Below, one piece after another: positions 1 through 8,564 of a stretch of 64,000 nucleotides of DNA (the stretch's first letter is position 1; each line of letters opens with the position of its first letter). Made by a program: the position numbers and the translations under genes. The stretch lies in contig JAFCDB010000001.1 in NCBI GenBank assembly GCA_017609885.1, positions 6,732 through 70,731 of the forward strand, written 5' to 3'. The stretch is from Candidatus Pacearchaeota archaeon (GTDB taxonomy: Archaea > Nanobdellota > Nanobdellia > Pacearchaeales > GW2011-AR1). The notes under the pieces were generated by a model that made no database searches, was not told the origin of the DNA, and was given only the letters and a program-made list of their open reading frames with translations.

Positions 1-495
1 AGCGATTCCAAGCCCTGCTAACAGCGGCCCAATTTGAATCCCCCACAAACTCATGATATATAGTAAAGAAATAATAATTAAACCAATATTCAGAACGCTT
101 CTGAACAGAGAGATTAAGGAGTCGTCGACATTTGATTTTGTCTTTGAAGTTAATTTTTTCAGGGCGGTGATTAAAATTACATCAACTATAATATAAATCA
201 TAAAAGCAATTGTTAAAACAATTATGGAATAAATTAAATTATTTAAAATGTTGTTGAGTAATTCTGAGAAATTTAGTTCTGTGAGTGTGATTTTTAGACT
301 GATTAATAATGCGAGTAAAGTAAGAGGTTTTGAGGTTTTTTTAAGTAATTTATCGTCTAAATCTGTTTTTGTTTTGCTTGTCAATTTCAAAGCCACTTTT
401 CCAAAGATATAAATTATGATTCTTAAAATTAGGAATAGGGCTATGAAAATTGCGAGTGCTCTTAAATAATTGTTTGGGATGTATTGTTCTAACAT
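1..495 (-). CDS. MscS-family mechanosensitive channel, N-terminal part; CDS runs off the window start so it is absent from the ORF track
   Basis: My translation of the minus strand from ATG (complement of 493-495): MLEQYIPNNYLRALAIFIALF...SLWGIQIGPLLAGLGIA; TM helices plus the MscS-like GPLLAGLGI motif. Confidence 0.45.
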   Translation of the reverse strand, partial: MLEQYIPNNYLRALAIFIALFLILRIIIYIFGKVALKLTSKTKTDLDDKLLKKTSKPLTLLALLISLKITLTELNFSELLNNILNNLIYSIIVLTIAFMIYIIVDVILITALKKLTSKTKSNVDDSLISLFRSVLNIGLIIISLLYIMSLWGIQIGPLLAGLGIA

Positions 496-541
496 AATTT
501 TTAGAGGGAATTGGGGTTTTTATTTGTTTTGGAATTTGGTA

Positions 542-556
542 GAAAAATTTAAAAAG
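542..556 (+). promoter_or_regulatory. Archaeal BRE/TATA-like element (GAAAAATTTAAAAAG) about 26 nt upstream of the ATG at 577; implies a leaderless transcript
   Basis: Purine-rich BRE abutting TTTAAAAA; spacing to the start codon matches the archaeal TATA-to-TSS distance. Confidence 0.35.
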
Positions 557-576
557 TATACCTTCGTATACTTAAC

Positions 577-816
577 ATGGAAACAACAATTAAACTTCAG
601 CAAAACACAAAATCTGAATTAGATAATTTTAGACAATACAAAAATGAAAGCTATAATGATTTAGTTAGAAAAATTTTGTATTTATTAAATGTTTGCAGAA
701 CTCAGCCAAAAATGACTCAAAAAACTATCATGGATATTGAAGAAGCACGAAAGCAAATTAAGCGAGGAGAGTTTTATACTGAAGAAGAAGCGAAGAAGAT
801 TTTGAAGATAACTTAA
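577..816 (+). CDS. Putative antitoxin partner of the downstream RelE-like toxin
   Basis: 79-aa ORF ending 32 nt before the RelE-like gene, same strand; small acidic C-terminus. Confidence 0.4.
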   Translation: METTIKLQQNTKSELDNFRQYKNESYNDLVRKILYLLNVCRTQPKMTQKTIMDIEEARKQIKRGEFYTEEEAKKILKIT

Positions 817-847
817 AATCCTTAAACTATAGGTTCCTATAATTTTT

Positions 848-1099
848 ATGTATAAGTTGATTTTTAGCAAGCGTGCAATCTATGAATTTAATCAACTTGA
901 AAAATTAATTAAAAGTAGAATTTGGAATAAACTTCAATTATGTAAGGAAAATCCATTTAAATATTTTGAAAAATTGAGAGGGATTAATTCTTTTAAATTA
1001 AGGGTTGGAAATTATAGGGTTGTGGCAGATATTAGTAAGGGCAAATTAATAATTTTAGTTTTGAAGGTGGGACATCGGAAAAAAGTTTATTACAAATAA
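848..1099 (+). CDS. relE: RelE/ParE-family type II toxin (mRNA interferase)
   Basis: 83 aa; C-terminal ...KLRVGNYRVVADISKGKLIILVLKVGHRKKVY matches the RelE/StbE signature (R..YR..Y.i.....v.vl.i.HRk.vY). Confidence 0.7.
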   Translation: MYKLIFSKRAIYEFNQLEKLIKSRIWNKLQLCKENPFKYFEKLRGINSFKLRVGNYRVVADISKGKLIILVLKVGHRKKVYYK

Positions 1100-1248
1100 T
1101 TTCTTGTTTTAAACATTATAATATAAAATATAAATCTTTAAATATATTAAGATAATGCAGATATTATGAAAATCAGGAAATCTTTGAGATTAAAACTTCT
1201 CCACTATATGCTGATAATTTCTTAAGTGAAGACGAGTGAATATTTAAG

Positions 1249-1863
1249 TTACTTCCCCCTCCCCGCCACCCAAATTCCTACAAAAAGAATTCCTAATGCA
1301 ATTGCCAAAGCAGCACCCTGCCAAACAATTGAAATTCCTCCGGCATAAGAAAAAGCAATTGAAAACGGTGTAATTCCAATTATCGTCGCTAAAATATATG
1401 TTTTAAAAGAAATTCTGCTAAAAAGCCCAAATAAATAACTCAGTCCGTCAACAGGAACAGTCATTCTTAAAAAAACAATTGTTAGGAAGATATTTTTTTT
1501 AGGAATTCTTTTTTCAAATTCCTCAATTTCATTAAGGGAAACAATTTTTTTAATTAATTTTTTTCCATATTTTCGCGCAATTCCAAAGGCAATCGCAGCT
1601 CCAATTGTCCAGCCAACAATAGAAAGAAGCGCAGTTATCTGCCATCCCCAAAGCCCCGAGGCCAATGGCATCAAAGGCATCACTGCAACAGGTGCAAAAA
1701 CAATTGAAGCAATTACAATTAAAGTGTAAAGCAACATTCCCCAAATTCCAAAATCAATATTCTCCCTGACAAAATCAATATTCTCCTGCACAAGATACGA
1801 CATTAATACAAATAGAAAAATAACAATTATAATTCCGAGAATTGCTTTCGTTCTTTGGTTCAT
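1249..1863 (-). CDS. DedA/TVP38/TMEM64-family membrane protein
   Basis: 204 aa polytopic; motifs VFAPVAV..PLMPLASGL and GITPFSIAFSYAGG typical of the SNARE-associated/DedA family. Confidence 0.55.
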   Translation of the reverse strand: MNQRTKAILGIIIVIFLFVLMSYLVQENIDFVRENIDFGIWGMLLYTLIVIASIVFAPVAVMPLMPLASGLWGWQITALLSIVGWTIGAAIAFGIARKYGKKLIKKIVSLNEIEEFEKRIPKKNIFLTIVFLRMTVPVDGLSYLFGLFSRISFKTYILATIIGITPFSIAFSYAGGISIVWQGAALAIALGILFVGIWVAGRGK

Positions 1864-2086
1864 AGTAGTAAAAGAATAAGGGATTTTAAGTATTTTTGCT
1901 TATGTAAAGTAAACTCATTAACTTAACATCCTTACACTTATTTTTTGTTCATTAATCATAAAAATATCAAAAATTACATAAGGATAACAGATATGGCAAT
2001 CAATTATCGAAAGAAAATAATGTTAAGTTATGAAGTGGACTTAACAGCTTAGAAGGATTTTTATAGATTATTTCTTTAATTCAATT

Positions 2087-2980
2087 ATGGGATGGAATTC
2101 AATAGATGAAGAGACGAGAATATCTATAACAAAAAAAGCGCATGAATACATCAAGATTTGTAAAGGAAAAAATAAAATTAGTGAAGATGCTGACCTAAGA
2201 TCGTCCCGAGAAATTCAGTTAGTTAATGAAATCGTAGAAGCTGTTCAGCCATATCTAAGAGAAACAGCCTCAACTTATCTTAACGGGGCAGTTCGTGTAG
2301 AATTTGCAAACAGACGAACATTAGAATTATCAGGTATTAATGCCCGAAATTTTTTTACAGTCGATGATCTTGTCAATCAAGCATCTCTAACTCTAATTCA
2401 AAAATTACATCAATATAATCCAAAATTTTGTTTTTCAACTTTTCTTTGTAAAACTGTTCCCTCAAGAATGCATAAATATGTAAAAAGGTATTCTTCAGGA
2501 ATCTCATATTTGCCGCACAGGAAGATTGAAAGAGCAAGAAAACAATCAAATGGTTCAATAATAAAAACTTTGGTAAAAAATTCTGGACTGAACTATGAAC
2601 AAGCAGAACTAATCGCCTTAGCAATTCTTGAAGATCATTTTCAGATAAACCATCAGGCTCATAGCTATGAGAGAAAGGATAACAATAGAAAAAAAGTAAT
2701 CCTTGACTATTATTTAAGAAACAAACTCTCCAATTCAAGCATAAGAAGAACAGTTGATTTATTGATATTAGAAGAAGAAATGAAAAAGTTAATTAAAAAT
2801 TTAGAAAATGATGAACAAGAAGTTATTAATTGTCGGTTTTTTTGTGAAATGAGTTTAAAAGAAACAGGAAAGAGAATTGGAAAATGGAAATCAGGAGTCA
2901 TGAGAATTCAAAACAGAGCATTAAAAAAACTTCGACAAAATCTTGTTTTTGATCAAGGATTAGTTGATTTTATTTACTAA
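2087..2980 (+). CDS. Sigma-70-family-like protein (region 2 and region 4 HTH recognisable), bacterial-type, in an archaeal context
   Basis: DLVNQASLTLIQKLHQYNPKFCFSTFLCKTVPSRMHKYVKRY...ISYLPHRKIERARK parallels sigma70 region 2 (DLIQEGNIGLMKAVDKFD..GYKFSTYATWWIRQAI...IRIPVHMVE.INK); C-terminus EQEVINCRFFCEMSLKETGKRIGKWKSGVMRIQNRALKKLRQ parallels region 4.2. Confidence 0.55.
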   Translation: MGWNSIDEETRISITKKAHEYIKICKGKNKISEDADLRSSREIQLVNEIVEAVQPYLRETASTYLNGAVRVEFANRRTLELSGINARNFFTVDDLVNQASLTLIQKLHQYNPKFCFSTFLCKTVPSRMHKYVKRYSSGISYLPHRKIERARKQSNGSIIKTLVKNSGLNYEQAELIALAILEDHFQINHQAHSYERKDNNRKKVILDYYLRNKLSNSSIRRTVDLLILEEEMKKLIKNLENDEQEVINCRFFCEMSLKETGKRIGKWKSGVMRIQNRALKKLRQNLVFDQGLVDFIY

Positions 2981-3038
2981 TCCCATTTTCATAAGGCACA
3001 AATACAAAAAAAATTATTCCAACTATGATTTTCTATTT

Positions 3039-3623
3039 TCATTTTTTCAACCCTCTCCCATATCTCCACAACCCAATTAATAAAACAATTTCCAAAAACA
3101 GTGGAACAATTAAAAAAATTAATTTTGAATTTTTCTTTTCTGAAACATTTCCTACTAAAAGATTAAGTCCGAGCGAGCCTCCGGTTATTGGGCCTGGATT
3201 ATTGCTTATTGTAATTCCGCTGTTTCCATTATTGTTATTTCCATCCTCATTTCCATCATCTTTATTTCCTTCATCATCTTCATCTTCTGGATTATCAGGG
3301 TTATTAGTGTTATCTGGGGGTTCTTCAGGAGGGTTTTCTGGAGGATTATCTGGAATAGTCCCGGGCTCTTCATTCAAGTAAGTGCATGAAAAACCTTCAT
3401 CATTACATCTGTTAATATGCTGCGGGCAAAAAACTCCTGGAGAAGTTTCATCAACACAAAACTGGCATCCTGACGAACTTTCGCATTCGCGGTCAGGTAT
3501 AGACGGATTGCATAGGGAAAACTCTAAGATTCCTCCTTCATCTAAACAGACCAACTGCAGCTCTGCAAATACAAAAGGAAAACTAATCAAAATCAACAAC
3601 AAAATAATTATCATACTTTTCAT
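3039..3623 (-). CDS. Cys-rich secreted, membrane-anchored protein with acidic P/N/E/D low-complexity linker and C-terminal TM helix
   Basis: N-terminal signal MKSMIIILLLILISFPFVFA, more than 12 Cys in the first 90 aa, PPENPPEEPPDNTNNPDNPEDEDDEG linker, C-terminal hydrophobic helix. Confidence 0.5.
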   Translation of the reverse strand: MKSMIIILLLILISFPFVFAELQLVCLDEGGILEFSLCNPSIPDRECESSSGCQFCVDETSPGVFCPQHINRCNDEGFSCTYLNEEPGTIPDNPPENPPEEPPDNTNNPDNPEDEDDEGNKDDGNEDGNNNNGNSGITISNNPGPITGGSLGLNLLVGNVSEKKNSKLIFLIVPLFLEIVLLIGLWRYGRGLKK

Positions 3624-3773
3624 AGAAAATGTATTTAAAATGACTTTTTAAAAATTGTTGTGCTAAATTTATTTAACTCAAGATATAGTATGATTGAGAT
3701 GATAATTATTGGACACGCTTAGTTGATTATCAGTGCACAGAACTTTTATAAATCCTAAGAACTTGGTTTAATC

Positions 3774-4901
3774 ATGGTGAGTGTAAATCCTTGGAAAGTT
3801 AAAGGCGAAGTTGATTATAACAAACTGGTAAAGGAGTTTGGACTGACGCCGATGAAAAAACTTCCGGAGATTTTTAATAAAAATTTACTTTTTAGAAGAA
3901 AAATTGTTTTTGCAAATCGAGATATTGCCCGTATTTTAGATGCAGTAAAAAATAAAAAGAAATTTGTTGTTATGACTGGATTGATGCCGACAGGCAAATT
4001 GCATATTGGACATCTCTTATTAATTAATCAATTAATATTCTGGCAAAAGTTAGGAGCAAAACTTTACATTGCTGTTGCAGACCTTGAGGCGTACAATGCG
4101 CGCGGACAGAGCTTGGAAGAAAGCAGAAAAATTGCAATTGAACAATATCTTTTGAATTATATTGCGTTAGGACTTTCACCAAAAAACTGCGATTTTTATT
4201 TTCAGAGCGAAAGATCTAAAGATGCTGAAAAATCAAATGCTTACTATAGGCTTGCTTCAAATTTTTCGCGATATGCAACATTCAATGAGTTTAAAGCTGT
4301 TTACGGCGAAATTTCTCCAGGCAAAATGAATGCCTCACTTATTCAAGCTGCAGATATGTTCCACCCCCAGCTCCCAGAATTTGAAGGAAAACCCCTCCCT
4401 GTTTTAGTTCCTGTAGGAATTGACCAAGACCCGCACTTGAGAATTGCAAGAGACATAAGCCAAAGATACAAAGATTACAAATTCATTCAGCTAAGTTCAA
4501 CTTATCATCTTTTTTCTCCTGGTTTGAAAGGAGACAAAATGTCTGCTTCAGATTCTTCTTCATATATTTCTTTGACAGACACACCAGCAGAAATAAAAAG
4601 AAAAATAAATAAATATGCATTTTCAGGTGGGGGAGAAACAACAGAAGAGCATAGGAAAAAAGGGGGAAATCCAGATGTTGATGTTTCATTTCAGTATTTG
4701 AAAATGTTTTTTGAGGAAGATGATTTGAAATTGGCAGAGATTGAGAAAGATTATCGAAGTGGAAAGTTGTTAACTGGAGAATTAAAGAAAATCTTAATTG
4801 AGAAGATAAATTCTTTTTTGAAAGTGCATCAAGGAAAACGCGAGAAGGCGCGAAAGATGGTGGATAAATTTGTTTACAAAGATGTTACTACTTCTAAATA
4901 A
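3774..4901 (+). CDS. trpS: Tryptophanyl-tRNA synthetase (archaeal/eukaryotic type class I)
   Basis: HIGH motif in TGLMPTGKLHIGHLL; KMSAS motif (KMSASDSSS), which distinguishes TrpRS from TyrRS (KMSKS); 375 aa. Confidence 0.85.
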   Translation: MVSVNPWKVKGEVDYNKLVKEFGLTPMKKLPEIFNKNLLFRRKIVFANRDIARILDAVKNKKKFVVMTGLMPTGKLHIGHLLLINQLIFWQKLGAKLYIAVADLEAYNARGQSLEESRKIAIEQYLLNYIALGLSPKNCDFYFQSERSKDAEKSNAYYRLASNFSRYATFNEFKAVYGEISPGKMNASLIQAADMFHPQLPEFEGKPLPVLVPVGIDQDPHLRIARDISQRYKDYKFIQLSSTYHLFSPGLKGDKMSASDSSSYISLTDTPAEIKRKINKYAFSGGGETTEEHRKKGGNPDVDVSFQYLKMFFEEDDLKLAEIEKDYRSGKLLTGELKKILIEKINSFLKVHQGKREKARKMVDKFVYKDVTTSK

Positions 4902-4939
4902 CGCCAATAGAAAGGTTTATAAAAGGTGGATTCTATGAT

Positions 4940-5401
4940 GTGTTGATTAAAATGAGTAAATATCCAATAATGATTTATGGAGTGAATTTATTTGAAATTC
5001 CTAGAGAACGAAAGAATTTGCCAGATGAAATTGATAGAGCTATAGGAATTAATGTGGAAAAATTAGAAGAAAGAGTTGAAGATTGCAGATTAGTATTACA
5101 TATTAAAGATAATTATTTAGAAAATGACAATGTAGATGAAGAATCAGTCCATATTGGAGAGATGATTAATGATAATTATGCAACTTTTTATCAAGGCGAC
5201 ACTTTTGAAGATGATTTTAAAGATGATTTTTGTGAAACTAAGAGAGAACATAGAGGTTTTTTAGAATGCCCAAGCTACGATATTGAACAAATAATTCAAT
5301 TAAAAAATGATTCCTCTGAACTAATTAGAAAATTAAAACTATTGGGATTAAATGTTGAACCAGAAGATCTTAGACTTTATGGTTGTGTGGAGGATGATTA
5401 A
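4940..5401 (+). CDS. Hypothetical acidic protein
   Basis: 153-aa ORF, D/E-rich, no recognisable motif. Confidence 0.35.
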   Translation: MLIKMSKYPIMIYGVNLFEIPRERKNLPDEIDRAIGINVEKLEERVEDCRLVLHIKDNYLENDNVDEESVHIGEMINDNYATFYQGDTFEDDFKDDFCETKREHRGFLECPSYDIEQIIQLKNDSSELIRKLKLLGLNVEPEDLRLYGCVEDD

Positions 5402-5402
5402 A

Positions 5403-5744
5403 ATGTTACAAAGAATAAAAGATTTATTTTCAAAACAAGAAGAAGAAGATTACTCTTGTGTGGAGGGAGATGTATTTGCGATTGGAGATTGTATTGAACC
5501 AGAATTCAAAGTTATTGATGTTAATCGTGATGGTTGGACTTATTCATTTAAAGTTCCAAAATTAATGGATATTCATATGGAAGATAATGTAAAGATTTAT
5601 GGAGAAAATCTTAGAGAATATAGAAATCAAGAAGTTGTTAGATTTACTAATTATGGAAAATCAAATTTTGAAAAAATAAAATGGGATTTTAATCCAAAAG
5701 GATTATTTGAAAACAGGGAAGTTAGATTGGGCAATATTGCTTAA
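5403..5744 (+). CDS. Hypothetical protein; start placed at the ATG preceded by GGAGGA
   Basis: ORF-track ORF 5352..5744; internal ATG at 5403 sits 9 nt after a GGAGG Shine-Dalgarno-like motif and immediately after the stop of the upstream ORF. Confidence 0.35.
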   Translation: MLQRIKDLFSKQEEEDYSCVEGDVFAIGDCIEPEFKVIDVNRDGWTYSFKVPKLMDIHMEDNVKIYGENLREYRNQEVVRFTNYGKSNFEKIKWDFNPKGLFENREVRLGNIA

Positions 5745-5751
5745 GTTTTTC

Positions 5752-6036
5752 TTAAAGATTTACAAGTTGTCTGTCTATATGTCCAAGTGAAATTTGCCCA
5801 CCATTTAGTCTTTTTACGCTTTCTTTAATTAATTCTTCTGCTTCTTCTGAAACTTCAGTATACATTCTTAAAACATCATCAATTTTATTATAAAACAATG
5901 CCAGTTGTGAAGCATGTTCTTGATATTCAGAGGGATTAAGTAAAAGTACTTTATATTTATTATCTTTAATTCCTATAAAAACTTTGTGACCCCTTTAAAT
6001 TCTTCTTTTACAGCATCTTTAAATTCTCTTATCATG
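5752..6036 (-). pseudogene. Small gene interrupted by a frameshift (MIREFKDAVKEEFKGVTKFL* then IGIKDNKYKVLLLNPSEY...GHIDRQLVNL in another frame)
   Basis: My translation of the minus strand: 20-aa reading frame from the ATG at 6036 terminates, and an open 74-aa frame continues offset by +2; neither piece reaches the ORF-track threshold. Confidence 0.2.
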
Positions 6037-6125
6037 TCTTATTTCAAACTTCTCTATTTTTAAGTTTTATTGCACTTAAGTTTTTTTGTCTAAAGTTTTA
6101 AATATCCTGTTTCTTTGTCTTTGAT

Positions 6126-7421
6126 ATGAAAGAAGATGCAGAGCACAAAGAACTTTTGAAAAAAATGTCAAAGGTAAAAATGAGTGCGCCAAAAGGTAAA
6201 AATAATTTGAAAAGCAATGTTGAACTTGGTAGAGATTTGGATTTGTATATAGTTAGCGAGATTGTCGGCGGTGGTTTGCCGTTGTTTACTCCAAAAGGGG
6301 CTGTGATAAAAAGAGAGATTGAGAGATTTGCAACAGATGAAGAAATTAAAAGAGATTATCTTCATACTTCAACGCCTTTTATGGCTAAATCAGATTTATA
6401 CAAAGTTTCAGGACACTGGCAACATTATCAGAAAGATATGTTTTGTTTGAATGTGGGAAAAGAAATTTTTGCCTTGCGTCCGATGACTTGCCCTTTTCAT
6501 TTTGTTTTATACAAAAGGAAGCCAAGGAGTTACAAGGAACTTCCTTTGAAATATGCTGAAGTTTCTACAATGTTCCGAAATGAACAATCTGGGGAATTAA
6601 GAGGATTGACAAGAGTGAGGCAAATGACATTGACAGATGCGCATATTATCTGCACGCCTGAGCAATTAGAAAAAGAATTTGAGAAAGTTTTGGATTTATT
6701 AAAATATACAATGGACAAACTTGGAGTTAAAGATATTTGGTACAGATTTTCAAGGTGGGACCCTAAAAACAAGGGAAAATATATTGATAATCCTCGGGCT
6801 TGGAAAGATTCTGAAGAAAAAATGAAGAAAATTTTAAATAAATTAAAAGTAAAATACAAAGAAGCAAAAGATGAGGCAGCGTTTTACGGCCCTAAATTAG
6901 ATTTGCAATATGAAGATGTTTATGGAAAAGAAGATACATTGTTAACTGTTCAAATTGATTTTGCACTTCCTGAGAGATTTGACCTAACTTACAAAGACAA
7001 AAAAGATAAATTGCAACATCCGATTATTATTCATCATTCTTCAACAGGCACTACAGAAAGAATGATTGCATATCTTTTGGAAAAAAATCAGGGGACGCTT
7101 CCAATGTGGCTTTCCCCAATCCAAATTAGAGTGATAAATTTTACTGATAGGAATAATAAATATGCAGAGATGGTTGTTGAGAAGATTAAGGCAGGAATTC
7201 CTGATGTGAGAATTGATGTTGATTTTGATACTGTTCCTTTAAGAGGGAAAATTCGAAATGCAGGAATGCAAAAAATTCCTTATATTATTGTTGTTGGGGA
7301 TAAGGAGGAAAAAGCAAAAACAATTGCTGTTAGAAAAAGAGGGGATAAGAAAATTAATTCAGAAAGTGTAGAAAAGTTTATTAAAGAAATTAAATTAGAA
7401 ATTGAGGAGAGGAAATGTTAA
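6126..7421 (+). CDS. thrS: Threonyl-tRNA synthetase, catalytic plus anticodon-binding domains only (no N-terminal editing domain)
   Basis: Class II motif 2 region FALRPMTCPFHFVLYKRKPRSYKELPLKYAEVSTMFRNEQSGELRGLTRVRQMTLTDAHIIC matches ThrRS (RPMNCPGH...SYRELPLR...E.SG.L.GL.RVR.F.QDDAHIF); 431 aa. Confidence 0.8.
   Translation: MKEDAEHKELLKKMSKVKMSAPKGKNNLKSNVELGRDLDLYIVSEIVGGGLPLFTPKGAVIKREIERFATDEEIKRDYLHTSTPFMAKSDLYKVSGHWQHYQKDMFCLNVGKEIFALRPMTCPFHFVLYKRKPRSYKELPLKYAEVSTMFRNEQSGELRGLTRVRQMTLTDAHIICTPEQLEKEFEKVLDLLKYTMDKLGVKDIWYRFSRWDPKNKGKYIDNPRAWKDSEEKMKKILNKLKVKYKEAKDEAAFYGPKLDLQYEDVYGKEDTLLTVQIDFALPERFDLTYKDKKDKLQHPIIIHHSSTGTTERMIAYLLEKNQGTLPMWLSPIQIRVINFTDRNNKYAEMVVEKIKAGIPDVRIDVDFDTVPLRGKIRNAGMQKIPYIIVVGDKEEKAKTIAVRKRGDKKINSESVEKFIKEIKLEIEERKC
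7365..7417. repeat. 53-bp perfect direct repeat, copy 1 (last 53 nt of thrS including its stop region)
   Basis: AGTGTAGAAAAGTTTATTAAAGAAATTAAATTAGAAATTGAGGAGAGGAAATG is identical at 7365-7417 and 8006-8058. Confidence 0.9.
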
Positions 7422-7472
7422 TAGAAAAATATTTAAACTCTAATTCACTTACTTGTAAGTGATATAACTTAC

Positions 7473-7685
7473 ATGGAATTATTAATGAGCAAGCACGCAC
7501 ATGAACAAGCACGTGAGAGGGGCGTTAGCATTAATGAGATAAAAGAAGCTATCCAAAGAGGATCAAAATTTCTCCAAGGAAATAAAGTAGTTTCAAATTA
7601 TAGGCATATTAAAATAGTATTTAAAAAAATGAAAAATAAATTTTTTGTTGTAACAGTCATGATAAGGAAAGAAAATGAAAGATAA
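7473..7685 (+). CDS. DUF4258-family small protein (putative toxin of a two-gene module)
   Basis: 70 aa; N-terminus MSKHAHEQARERGVSINEIKEAIQRG fits the DUF4258 pattern (sKHA..rm.eRgIs..ei.eai..G); 11-nt overlap with the downstream gene. Confidence 0.5.
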   Translation: MELLMSKHAHEQARERGVSINEIKEAIQRGSKFLQGNKVVSNYRHIKIVFKKMKNKFFVVTVMIRKENER

Positions 7686-8007
7686 ATGTGTTTTATGCGG
7701 TGGAACTTTGAAAAAGAAGTTAGTCAACTATGAAATTTATGGAAAAAGTATAGGAAAATTTTCTGCATTAGTATGTGATTCTTGTGGAGAACAGTGGTTT
7801 GATGAGAAAACATCTAAAAAAATACAAGAAGTTGAAAAGAAAAAAGGACTTTTTGGACTTTCAGTAGAAACAAAAGTTAGTTATTCAGGCAATTCACTTA
7901 TAATTAGAGTTCCAAAAAATTTAGCAGAATTTATGAATATTAAAAAAGAAACAAGAGTAACTTTATATCCTGAAAATAAAGACAAGATTTGTGTGATGAT
8001 AAAATAG
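7675..8007 (+). CDS. YgiT/MqsA-type zinc-ribbon protein with C-terminal swapped-hairpin (AbrB/SpoVT-like) segment; putative antitoxin
   Basis: CVLCGG...18 aa...CDSCGEQWFD zinc-ribbon at the N-terminus; C-terminal IIRVPKNLAEFMNIKKETRV resembles an AbrB-type DNA-binding hairpin. Confidence 0.5.
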   Translation: MKDKCVLCGGTLKKKLVNYEIYGKSIGKFSALVCDSCGEQWFDEKTSKKIQEVEKKKGLFGLSVETKVSYSGNSLIIRVPKNLAEFMNIKKETRVTLYPENKDKICVMIK

Positions 8008-8058
8008 TGTAGAAAAGTTTATTAAAGAAATTAAATTAGAAATTGAGGAGAGGAAATG
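8006..8058. repeat. 53-bp perfect direct repeat, copy 2 (ATG at its end now starts ORF 8056..8550)
   Basis: Identical to 7365-7417. Confidence 0.9.
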
Positions 8059-8550
8059 AAAATACAACCATACTTTGAAAAATTAAATGAATCAAAAAAG
8101 TTTCAGAACTTTAAATCAAAAAATCCAAAAGCATTTTTTTCAGCAGGATTTTTTGTCCTGGATTTTGTAGAAAAGAAAAACCTTCATCAGTTGGATTATT
8201 ATCTTCCTGAAGAAAAAAAAATGACGACATTTATGCTTGATGGAAATGTTGAGATGAAAAAAAGCGAGATTTCTGGAAAAGGAACTCCAAAGGAAATTCA
8301 GGGAGATATTAAATTAGATTTAGATATTTTAAAAGGAATTGTCGAAGATGAAATGAAAAATCACACAATTACTCATAAACTTCATAAGATAGTTGCAATT
8401 ATTCAAAACCTCAACGGGAAATTAATTTGGAATTTAAACTGCATTACAAGCGACATGGGAATTATAAAAGTTCATATTGATGATGCAACTCATTCTGTTT
8501 TGAAATTTGAGCCGTTGAATTTGTTTGATATTGTAAAGAAGTTGAAGTGA
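8056..8550 (+). CDS. Hypothetical protein
   Basis: 164-aa ORF, no recognisable motifs. Confidence 0.4.
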   Translation: MKIQPYFEKLNESKKFQNFKSKNPKAFFSAGFFVLDFVEKKNLHQLDYYLPEEKKMTTFMLDGNVEMKKSEISGKGTPKEIQGDIKLDLDILKGIVEDEMKNHTITHKLHKIVAIIQNLNGKLIWNLNCITSDMGIIKVHIDDATHSVLKFEPLNLFDIVKKLK

Positions 8551-8564
8551 GAGTTACTCAAAAA

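Noticed and set aside
1-60. Apparent similarity of the window start to the intergenic repeat family
   Set aside because: This stretch is coding: it is the C-terminal-ward part of the minus-strand MscS-like CDS (…SLWGIQIGPLLAGLGIA); the resemblance is short and coincidental.
3025-3381. Plus-strand 118-aa ORF rich in P/S/L
   Set aside because: Lies antisense to the low-complexity region of the Cys-rich surface protein (3039-3623); composition-driven spurious ORF.
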